NCBI GenBank assembly: GCA_965221775.1
Contig: CBDCSU010000006.1
Coordinates: forward strand, 1,536,001-1,600,000
Reading direction: 5' to 3'
Length of the DNA stretch: 64,000 nucleotides
Origin: Candidatus Latescibacterota bacterium
GTDB taxonomy: Bacteria; Latescibacterota; UBA2968; UBA8231
In this document: positions 31,855-39,563 of the stretch, piece by piece
Layout: every line of letters begins with the position of its first letter
Numbering within the stretch: position 1 is the first letter of the stretch
Program-made: the position numbers and the translations under genes
Notes under the pieces: generated by a model
The model's input: the letters and a program-made list of their open reading frames with translations, nothing else
What the model was told of the DNA's origin: nothing
Databases searched by the model: none

Positions 31855-33500
31855 GCGGTGGCGCCCAGGTCGCGACGGGCCCTCCCGGGACGGCGCTGAC
31901 CGTCAGCGCCCGGGTGGCCGCCGACGACGGCCGCGCCGAGACCCTGCAGGCCCTGGTCTCCCGCTGGCGGCCCCCGGACGAGTGGCCCGGGTTCGCCGCC
32001 TTCGACGCCGGCGCCACCGGGGGCCTGCCGAGCCGCGGCTACTTCGGCGCCGTCTGCGACGGCCGCTACGTCTACTTCGTGCCGGAGCAGCACGGCGAGC
32101 CGGGAAACCCCACCCACGGCGTGGTCCTGCGGCTGGACACGCACGGCGATTTCCGGGACCCGGACAGCTACCGGGCGTACGACGCGGGGCGCACCGGCGG
32201 GCTGGAGACCCGCGGCTACTACGGGGGCGTCTTCGATGGCCGTCACGTCTACTTCGTGCCCCGGCAGATCGACCTGAGCCGCTACCACAGCCACCTGCTG
32301 CGCTTCGACACGGCCGGCGCCTTCGACGACGGGACGAGCTGGTCGGCCTTCGACATGGGCGAGGCCCACTCGCAGCAGAGCGCCGCCTTCGACGGCCGCT
32401 TCATCTACTTCTGCCCGGGGTTCTCGGGGGACCCGCACAAGGAGGACGAGCTCTGCGGCCGGGTCCTGCGCTTCGACACGCAAGGGGAGTTCCGCAGCCG
32501 CTCCAGCTATGCGAGCGTGGACATCACGGACTTTCTCGGGCCGCGGGCGGCGTGCTTCGACGGCGGCGCCTTCGACGGCCGCTTCGTCTACTTCGTGCCC
32601 CTCGAGAACGGCCTCGCCGTCCGCCACGACACGACCGCGGCCTTCGACGATCCGGCCTCATGGGAGGCCTTCGCCGCGCGGCCCCTCGGCTACCGCATGG
32701 CGGTGGGGGCCGTCTTCGACGGCACCTTCCTCTACTACTGCGCCTACGGCCACGGCCGCATCGTGCGCTTCGACACCCGCGGCGACTTCGCCGACCCCGA
32801 TGCCTGGTCGGCCCACGACGCCGATCCAACCGGCGGCCTGCGCACCACCGGCTTCGACGGCGGGTTCTTCGACGGGCGGTTCGTCTGTTTCCAGCCCTTC
32901 TTCCGGCACGTTGGGCCCGGCAAGCGGGACAACCTGTTCCACTCCATCTACCTGCGCTACGACGTGACCCGCCCCTTCGAGGACCCGTCGAGCTGGCAGG
33001 CGCGCGACGCCTCGGCCACCGACGGCCTCCACAGCGTCGGCTACAACGGCGGCGCCTTCGACGGCCGGTTCTTCTACGCCGCCCCCTGGCAGCAGGGGCG
33101 CAAGCCCGGCCGCCCGCAGGAGTTCGTCACCCACGGCATCGTCCTGCGCTGCGACACCCTCGGCGACAGCGGCGCCTTCAGCCTGCGCTGGTGCGACCAG
33201 GGCCACAACGGCGGCCTCAACGCCGGCGCGCCGGGGCCCAGCTTCCTGGTCAACACCGACCGCGGCTGCCGGCGCGCGTGGGCCCCCCGGCCGCTGCCGG
33301 CGGGGGAGCATCTCCTGGTGGGCACGTACGACGGGGAGGCGGTGCGGTTGTTCGCCGACGGCGAGCTGATCGCCGAGAGGCAGGGGCGGGGACGCCTGGT
33401 GCGGACGGACCTGCCGGTGACGGTGGGGCGGATCCAGGACGGCGCGGGGCGGTTCCGGGGGCGGGTGCTGGAGACGGAGGTGAGGGAGCCGGACCGCTGA
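31851..33500 (+). CDS. Seven-repeat (G..FDGR(Y/F)VYF) beta-propeller protein with C-terminal LamG-like fragment
   Basis: Seven repeats of about 50-60 aa; C-terminal HLLVGTYDG..VRLFADG..GRF.G. Confidence 0.8.
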   Translation: MSGGAQVATGPPGTALTVSARVAADDGRAETLQALVSRWRPPDEWPGFAAFDAGATGGLPSRGYFGAVCDGRYVYFVPEQHGEPGNPTHGVVLRLDTHGDFRDPDSYRAYDAGRTGGLETRGYYGGVFDGRHVYFVPRQIDLSRYHSHLLRFDTAGAFDDGTSWSAFDMGEAHSQQSAAFDGRFIYFCPGFSGDPHKEDELCGRVLRFDTQGEFRSRSSYASVDITDFLGPRAACFDGGAFDGRFVYFVPLENGLAVRHDTTAAFDDPASWEAFAARPLGYRMAVGAVFDGTFLYYCAYGHGRIVRFDTRGDFADPDAWSAHDADPTGGLRTTGFDGGFFDGRFVCFQPFFRHVGPGKRDNLFHSIYLRYDVTRPFEDPSSWQARDASATDGLHSVGYNGGAFDGRFFYAAPWQQGRKPGRPQEFVTHGIVLRCDTLGDSGAFSLRWCDQGHNGGLNAGAPGPSFLVNTDRGCRRAWAPRPLPAGEHLLVGTYDGEAVRLFADGELIAERQGRGRLVRTDLPVTVGRIQDGAGRFRGRVLETEVREPDR

Positions 33501-33506
33501 AGGGGG

Positions 33507-34292
33507 TTACCTGATGTGGGGCGCCTCCATCACCTCCCGCTCCTCCTCCGTCATGTCGGCCACGTAGTCCGGATAGACCGCCCGGTGGACGCCGGCGCCG
33601 TACGCCAGGCAGCCGGGGCTGAACTTGTAGAGCAGGGCCCGGCGCTCGTGGGCCGCCGTCCACGGCAGGGTGCCGTGGGTCAGGGTCTCGGTGAAGATCA
33701 CCGCGTCTCCCGCCTGGCCGTTGACCTCCACCACGTGCTCCTGGTGGCGCTCCCAGTCCTTCATGCTCCGCGGGCAGGGCAGGTTGGCCTTGTGGCTGCC
33801 GGGGACCACGGCGACGCCGCCGTCGCCCGGACCCTCGTCGGCGAGGAGGTACTCCACCACCGTGAGGCCGGTGTAGATGCGGTCGGCTTTGAAGAAGTAC
33901 GGCTCCGACATGTCGGCGCGCTCGACGCCGCCGCCGTGCAGGGTGCCGCCCTCGCAGCCGCAGTCCATGGCGATCAGGCCGGGGCCGTGGTCGAGGCGGT
34001 AGCCGCGGCCGAGGATGGCCTCCAGGAAGGGCTTGACGACCGGGTGGACGAGGAGCCGCCGGAAGGGCTCGCACCAGGGCCGCTCCCAGCCCAGCATGCC
34101 GCCCAGGTCCTTTCGGTGGGAGGTGCCGGACAGGGCCTTCGAGCCCCCGGCGAGGGAGCCCTCGCGCTCGTTCAGCGCCTCGCCGTGGTGGTCGATGGCC
34201 GCGTTCATCTCCGCCACCTCGCCGGCGTCGAGGACCTGCCGCAGGACGAGGTAGCCGTTCAGGTCGAAGAGGTATCTCTCGTCGTCGTTCAT
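33507..34292 (-). CDS. Phytanoyl-CoA dioxygenase (PhyH) family Fe/2OG enzyme
   Basis: YLFDLNGYL, VPGSHK, GDAVIF...HGT..W....RR. Confidence 0.92.
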   Translation of the reverse strand: MNDDERYLFDLNGYLVLRQVLDAGEVAEMNAAIDHHGEALNEREGSLAGGSKALSGTSHRKDLGGMLGWERPWCEPFRRLLVHPVVKPFLEAILGRGYRLDHGPGLIAMDCGCEGGTLHGGGVERADMSEPYFFKADRIYTGLTVVEYLLADEGPGDGGVAVVPGSHKANLPCPRSMKDWERHQEHVVEVNGQAGDAVIFTETLTHGTLPWTAAHERRALLYKFSPGCLAYGAGVHRAVYPDYVADMTEEEREVMEAPHIR

Positions 34293-34305
34293 GGGGCTCC
34301 TTCTC

Positions 34306-35775
34306 CTATCTCGTGCTCTTGCCGGCCAGCACGAACCAGATGGTCCGCAGCATGATCTTGAAGTCCAGCATGAGGGACGCGTTCTCGATGTAGTAGAGGT
34401 CGTACTCCAGGCGCTCGGCGGCGATGCGCTCCAGGTCGGTCGAGTCCATGTCGAACTCGTGCTTCGACTGGGCCCAGCCGAGGAGCCCCGGCTTGACGTT
34501 GAAGCGGCGCATGTAGAAGGGGATCCCGGCGCGGAACTGCTCCACGAAGTAGGGGCGCTCGGGCCGCGGTCCCACCAGGCTCATGTCGCCGCGCAGGAAG
34601 TTCAGGCACTGGGGGACCTCGTCCAAGTGCAGGCCCCGCAGCAGGCGGCCCATGCGGGTCACGCGCGGGTCGGCCCCCTTGACCCACACCGGCCCGGTGC
34701 CCTCCTCGGCCTCCTCCACCATGGAGCGGAACTTGTACATGGTGAAGACCCGGCCCTTGCGGCCGACCCGCTCCTGGCGGAACAGGACGGGCCCGCGCGA
34801 GTCGAGCTTGATCGCCGCGGCCACCAGGATCCACACGGGGGCCAGCCCGCCGAGGACGAGGACCGCCACGGCCACGTCGAGAAGCCGCTTGACGGCGCTC
34901 TCCCAGGGCGGCATGAGCTGCGGCCGCAGCTCCATGAGGGGCACGCCGTAGATCTGCTGCGTGCGCACGTGGCCGGTGACGATGTCGTAGAGGTCGGGGG
35001 TGATGCCGAAGGCGACGGGCGCGGCCGTGCCGCCGGCGGCGTCGACGATGCGCAGGACCTCCTCGTGGCTGTTGGAGCGCAGGGCGATGAGGATCGCCTT
35101 CACCCCCTGGCCGCCGATGATGCGCCCCAGGTCCTCGACCTCGCCGAGGACGGGCAGCCCGCCCACCTCCGCCACCACCGCCTCGCCGGGGGCGCGCACG
35201 AAACCGATGACCTCGTAGCCCTGGGCGGGCGACGCGTCGAGGGCCTGCAGCAGGCGGTGGCCGCGCTCGTCGGTGCCGACGATCACGGTGTTGCTGCGGC
35301 CGACGCCGGCGGCCAGCAGCCGCATCTGCAGGGTGCGCAGGCTGATCCGCCCGGTCGCCACCAGCCCGATCAGGACGATCCAGTAGGAGGCCAGCAGGGC
35401 ACGGGTGAAGGTGAAGCCGCCGCGCAGGTCGAAGGTGATGATGAAGAGCAGCACCACGCCGAGGGTGACGACGCGGAAGACGCGCACCGCCTCGTCGAAG
35501 CGGGAGGTCGTCGGGCCCAGGCGGTAGAGCCCGTTGAAGACGAACAGCACCAGCCAGCCCAGGCAGATCAGGGGCAGGGCGTCGTAGAGGTAGAACTCGA
35601 GGGCGAAGGAGAAGGGGGCCTCGCCGGCGGCCGCGGGCTGCTGCTCCCTCCAGGCGCGCTCCACCGAGGAGAGGGTGCCGCCGGCGTGCTTCATCCACAG
35701 CAGGGCCGCCGTCCCCAGGTTGACGGCCAGGAAGTCGGAGACGACCAGGAGGAGGGTGACCCAGAGCTGCGACAA
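34306..35775 (-). CDS. Polyprenyl-phosphate sugar phosphotransferase (WcaJ/CpsE-like)
   Basis: KRLLD, KFRSM, DPRVT..G..LR..LDEVPQ, GDMSLVGPRPE, DLYYIEN. Confidence 0.95.
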   Translation of the reverse strand: MSQLWVTLLLVVSDFLAVNLGTAALLWMKHAGGTLSSVERAWREQQPAAAGEAPFSFALEFYLYDALPLICLGWLVLFVFNGLYRLGPTTSRFDEAVRVFRVVTLGVVLLFIITFDLRGGFTFTRALLASYWIVLIGLVATGRISLRTLQMRLLAAGVGRSNTVIVGTDERGHRLLQALDASPAQGYEVIGFVRAPGEAVVAEVGGLPVLGEVEDLGRIIGGQGVKAILIALRSNSHEEVLRIVDAAGGTAAPVAFGITPDLYDIVTGHVRTQQIYGVPLMELRPQLMPPWESAVKRLLDVAVAVLVLGGLAPVWILVAAAIKLDSRGPVLFRQERVGRKGRVFTMYKFRSMVEEAEEGTGPVWVKGADPRVTRMGRLLRGLHLDEVPQCLNFLRGDMSLVGPRPERPYFVEQFRAGIPFYMRRFNVKPGLLGWAQSKHEFDMDSTDLERIAAERLEYDLYYIENASLMLDFKIMLRTIWFVLAGKSTR

Positions 35776-35779
35776 GAGA

Positions 35780-36934
35780 TCAGTCCGCGTCGGGGCGCGT
35801 CACCGGCTTCCACACGGTGTGGCGCTGCCCCCGCAGGGCGCCGAGGAGCCCGAGGAGGGCGCCGATGTTGATGGCGCAGAAGTAGGCCGGCATGTAGAAC
35901 AGGCCCAGGCGTCCGCAGCCGCGCGGGAACAGGCCGCCGAGCAGGCCCAGCCCGTAGAGGACGATCTGGGCCGCCAGCAGCGTCCGGTAGGGCTCGCCCT
36001 CGGCCGCGGTGACGGCGGCGCCGGAACCCAGCAGGACCATGAGCAGGACCGGCACCAGCCAGCGCACCACCTTGTGGGAGAGGATCTGGAAGGCGAGCAG
36101 GGGATGGGCGAAGGGGTTGAGGGCGCCGGCCTCGCGCCACAGGCCGTAGAGCGACCGGGCGACGATCCGCCGGCGGCGCCTGAGCTCCTCGCCGAAGCCG
36201 CGGCCGCTCTCCTCCACGGCCACCGCCTCCGGGACGTAGATGACGCGGTGCCCGCGGCGGCGCAGGCGCAGGGGCAGGATGAAGTCCGAGATGATCCGCG
36301 GGTCCAACTCCTCGAACAGCTCCCGGCGCAGGGCGTAGATCGAGCCGTTGGCGCCGACCAGGGCGCCGAGGAGGCTCTCGCGCCGCTTGAGGAACTGCTC
36401 GTAGCGCCAGTAGTAGCCCTCGCCCTCGCCGGCGCCGGCGCGGTCGGGGTTGGTGTAGCGCAGCTCGCCGCAGACGCAGCCGACATCATCGGTGAGCCGC
36501 GCCACCAGCTGCAGCAGGGCGTCGGGGGCGTACATGCTGTTGGCGTCGGAGAACACGAGGACCTCGCCGGTGGCGGCGCGCACGCCCGCGTTCTGGGCGG
36601 CGGTCTTGCCGGCGTGCTCCTGCCGCAGAAAGACGTACCCCGGCCGGCCCTCGTACGAACGCGCGATCTCGTCGGTGGCGTCCGTCGAGCCGTCGGAGAC
36701 GACCACCACCTGCAGGCGGTCGGCGGGATAGTCGAGGGCGAAGGTGTTGTCGAGCTTGTCGCCCAGGACCGCCTGCTCGTTGTAGGCGGGGACGATGAGG
36801 CTGATCGACGGCGGCTCGGGCGGCCGGGAGCCCCGCTGCCGGCGGCGGCCCAGGGTCAGCAGCCAGAGCAGCAGGGGGTATCCCAGGTAGGTGTAGAGGA
36901 CCAGTCCCGCCGCGGCCCAGAAGGCGAGAATCAA
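35780..36934 (-). CDS. Glycosyltransferase family 2
   Basis: IVPAYNE, SDGSTD, GK..AQN, FSDAN, GANGSIYA. Confidence 0.93.
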   Translation of the reverse strand: MILAFWAAAGLVLYTYLGYPLLLWLLTLGRRRQRGSRPPEPPSISLIVPAYNEQAVLGDKLDNTFALDYPADRLQVVVVSDGSTDATDEIARSYEGRPGYVFLRQEHAGKTAAQNAGVRAATGEVLVFSDANSMYAPDALLQLVARLTDDVGCVCGELRYTNPDRAGAGEGEGYYWRYEQFLKRRESLLGALVGANGSIYALRRELFEELDPRIISDFILPLRLRRRGHRVIYVPEAVAVEESGRGFGEELRRRRRIVARSLYGLWREAGALNPFAHPLLAFQILSHKVVRWLVPVLLMVLLGSGAAVTAAEGEPYRTLLAAQIVLYGLGLLGGLFPRGCGRLGLFYMPAYFCAINIGALLGLLGALRGQRHTVWKPVTRPDAD

Positions 36935-36965
36935 GGTGGGTCGAATTGAGGGAAGTGGTTGTAAT

Positions 36966-37019
36966 TTGACACGATTACGTCAGTTCTTGACAATACGCCG
37001 CGACCCCCGGAAACGTCAA
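36966..37019. promoter_or_regulatory. Putative overlapping divergent sigma70 promoters
   Basis: + strand TTGACA(36966)-17-GACAAT; - strand TTGACG(37019)-18-TATTGT; AT-rich gap between divergent genes. Confidence 0.45.
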
Positions 37020-37044
37020 GCGGCGAGGCGCCGCGGAGGAGGAC

Positions 37045-37770
37045 ATGGCGAAGCGGAAGGTGCTGATCACGGGCGCGGCGGGGCGCATCGGCCGGGTGCT
37101 GCGCGAGGGCCTGAAGGACCGCTACGACCTGCGCCTGCTCTACAACCGGACGGTGCTGCCGGCCCGCGGCGGCGAGGAGGTCTTCGTCTCCGACATCACC
37201 GACCTCGAGAAGATGGAGGAGGTCGTGGACGGCTGCGACGCCGTGATCCACATGGCCGGCAACCCGGAGGTGGGCGCCTCCTTCCTGGACTGCCACCGCC
37301 AGAACAGCCTCGGCACCTACTGCCTCTACGAGGCCTGCGTGCGCCGCGGCTGCGGCCGCGTCGTCTTCGCCAGCACCAACCACGTGACCGGCATGTACGA
37401 GAAGGAGGGCATCCCCACCCACCCGGACATGCCGGTGCGGCCCGACAGCTTCTACGGCGCCAGCAAGGCCCACGGCGAGGCCCTGGGCCGCTACTACGCC
37501 GACCACTTCGGCCTCGCCGTGATCTGCCTGCGCATCGGCTCCTTCCAGCCGGAGGAGGCCGTCACCGGCCGCAAGAGCGACCGCATCCTGTCGACCTGGC
37601 TGAGCCACCGCGACGCGGTGCAGCTCTGCTGGCGGTCGGTCGAGGCCGACGGCGTGAAGTTCGGGATCTACTACGGCATCTCGGGCAACCAGCGCGCCTA
37701 CTGGGACACGGCCAACGCCCGCGCCGAGCTCGGCTACGCGCCCGAGGACGACGCCGAGCGCCTCGCCTGA
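37045..37770 (+). CDS. NAD-dependent epimerase/dehydratase, uronate dehydrogenase-like
   Basis: TGAAGRIG, FASTNH, PDSFYGASK, LRIGS, TWLSHRD, YGISGN. Confidence 0.9.
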   Translation: MAKRKVLITGAAGRIGRVLREGLKDRYDLRLLYNRTVLPARGGEEVFVSDITDLEKMEEVVDGCDAVIHMAGNPEVGASFLDCHRQNSLGTYCLYEACVRRGCGRVVFASTNHVTGMYEKEGIPTHPDMPVRPDSFYGASKAHGEALGRYYADHFGLAVICLRIGSFQPEEAVTGRKSDRILSTWLSHRDAVQLCWRSVEADGVKFGIYYGISGNQRAYWDTANARAELGYAPEDDAERLA

Positions 37771-37794
37771 GGGAACCAGCCCCCGCCCGGGGGC

Positions 37795-38583
37795 TCAGTC
37801 CGCGGCCCCCCCGGTCTCCTCGAAGATCCGCACGAAGTCAGCGAAACCGATCCGCCGGTCGATGTTCTGACAGTCGACGGCCAGGGGCGAGGTGCCGCGC
37901 TCGGTGAAGCTCCAGCGCACCGGCCACTCCACGTGCCACAGCCGCAGCGTCCGGTAGTGCCCCGCCAGGATGCGGTCGGTCGCCTCGGTGCGCGAGCCGC
38001 TGGGGTAGGCGAAGTGGACGGGCGCCTGCCCGAGGTGACTCTCCATGAGCGCGTGGGAGGCCCGGACCTCCTCGACGACCCCGGCCTCGCCCTCGGCCTC
38101 GATCTTCTCCGCCATCTTGCAGTGGGTGGCCGTGTGCCCGCCGATCTCCCAGCCGGCGGCCAGCAGCCGCCGCAGGTCGGCCCAGGTCATGAAGGGCTTC
38201 TCCACCACGCCCTCGGTCAGGGTGCGCACGGCGGCGCTCCCGCCCCGGGAGGCGGCCTCGACGCCGTCGGTGATGGGGAAGCAGGTGGCCGTCATGCCCA
38301 GCTCCTGAAGCAGCGGAAAGGCGACCTCGAGGGTGTCCAGCCAGCCGTTGTCGAAGTGCAGGGCCGCGCAACGGGCCGGCAGCTCCGCCGCGCCGGCGAG
38401 CCAGTCCGCGATACTCGACGTGGAGACCACGGTCCAGCCCTCGTCGGCCAGGTAGCGCATCTGGCGCCGGAACTCCGCCTCGCCGAGGATGCCGGCGCCG
38501 TCGGCCGCCGGATCCAGCTCCGGCGCGCCTTCGGGATAGACGTGGTGGTAGACCAGGATGGGGACGCGCACGGGAGCGTTCAT
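37795..38583 (-). CDS. Polysaccharide deacetylase (NodB) family protein
   Basis: VPILVYH, LHFDNG, EIGGHT.TH, HFAYPSG. Confidence 0.88.
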   Translation of the reverse strand: MNAPVRVPILVYHHVYPEGAPELDPAADGAGILGEAEFRRQMRYLADEGWTVVSTSSIADWLAGAAELPARCAALHFDNGWLDTLEVAFPLLQELGMTATCFPITDGVEAASRGGSAAVRTLTEGVVEKPFMTWADLRRLLAAGWEIGGHTATHCKMAEKIEAEGEAGVVEEVRASHALMESHLGQAPVHFAYPSGSRTEATDRILAGHYRTLRLWHVEWPVRWSFTERGTSPLAVDCQNIDRRIGFADFVRIFEETGGAAD

Positions 38584-39323
38584 CGCGGCGGGGGCTCGTA
38601 GCGGCCGGGCGCGGCGACGACCTCGGCCAGCAGGGCGTCGACATAGGAGTCGATGGCGAAGAGGCGGGAGGGCGAGTCGCCCACCAGCCCCCGGGCCGGC
38701 CGGCCGTGGTCGTCCCACCAGGCCCCCAGACGGGGGCGGTCCAGGCGCGGCTGGGGGGCGTGCGGGTCCGTTCGCCGCAGGTGATCCCAGTAGAGGACCT
38801 CCACGAAGTGGATGTAGGTGGAGGTCTCGTAGTCGACGCCGAGCATGAGCAGCTTTCCTCCCCGCCGGTAGGCGCGGTTCATGGGCGAGTGGGTGCCGTA
38901 GGTCCGCCCCCAGGGCAGCCGGTCCCAGGAGGAGGGCGGACCCTCCTGGCTGAGGTGGCCGGCGACGAAATCCTCGGCGCCGGGGCCCCTGGCCGCCACC
39001 GAGTGCGAGTAGTGGTCGGAGCGGTGGGTGTCCCGCATGCGGCGGAAGTACTCGGTGAGCCACCCCACGGTGGAGGGCGTCGTGGCATGGTCCCAGAGCC
39101 GCGCCCGGTCGTCTCCCCGAATCAGGTGGAAGGAGGGCATGAGCAGGAGGCCCTCGGGGCCGACGGCGGCCTGGAGCGCGTCGACGACGGTGCCCGCCCC
39201 GCCGGCCACGGGGCCCAGGCTCTTGAAGGAGGAGTGGACGAAGAGGGTGTCCCCCTGCTGGACGCCCAGGGCTTCGAGGTGATTCTGCAGTTCGGCTTTG
39301 TCGCGGGCGGGCATGGTGTTCAT
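38580..39323 (-). CDS. AAC(3) family N-acetyltransferase
   Basis: LGVQQGD.LFVHSS.KSLG, LLMPSF, RSDH..HSVAA.G, LMLGV...STYIH. Confidence 0.9.
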   Translation of the reverse strand: MNTMPARDKAELQNHLEALGVQQGDTLFVHSSFKSLGPVAGGAGTVVDALQAAVGPEGLLLMPSFHLIRGDDRARLWDHATTPSTVGWLTEYFRRMRDTHRSDHYSHSVAARGPGAEDFVAGHLSQEGPPSSWDRLPWGRTYGTHSPMNRAYRRGGKLLMLGVDYETSTYIHFVEVLYWDHLRRTDPHAPQPRLDRPRLGAWWDDHGRPARGLVGDSPSRLFAIDSYVDALLAEVVAAPGRYEPPPR

Positions 39324-39563
39324 TAGCAGAGGATCGGCTGATCCTCAGGTAACCTAAGTCCTCGCGGTATTGGCCACCGCACCGCCGAGATCAGAAGTGC
39401 TGTCCATATTTTCGCGGGCGGGATTGCACTGCCCAAACAGGACTATCTCGCCATCATTACCTTCTGGATTGTCGGCAACCTCCACGGATGAGGGCGTAAA
39501 GGTGGTCCACCTGAAATCATGCCGAGAGCAGACGCGCCGGAACCAGGCAGAGGCAAAGCAGCC

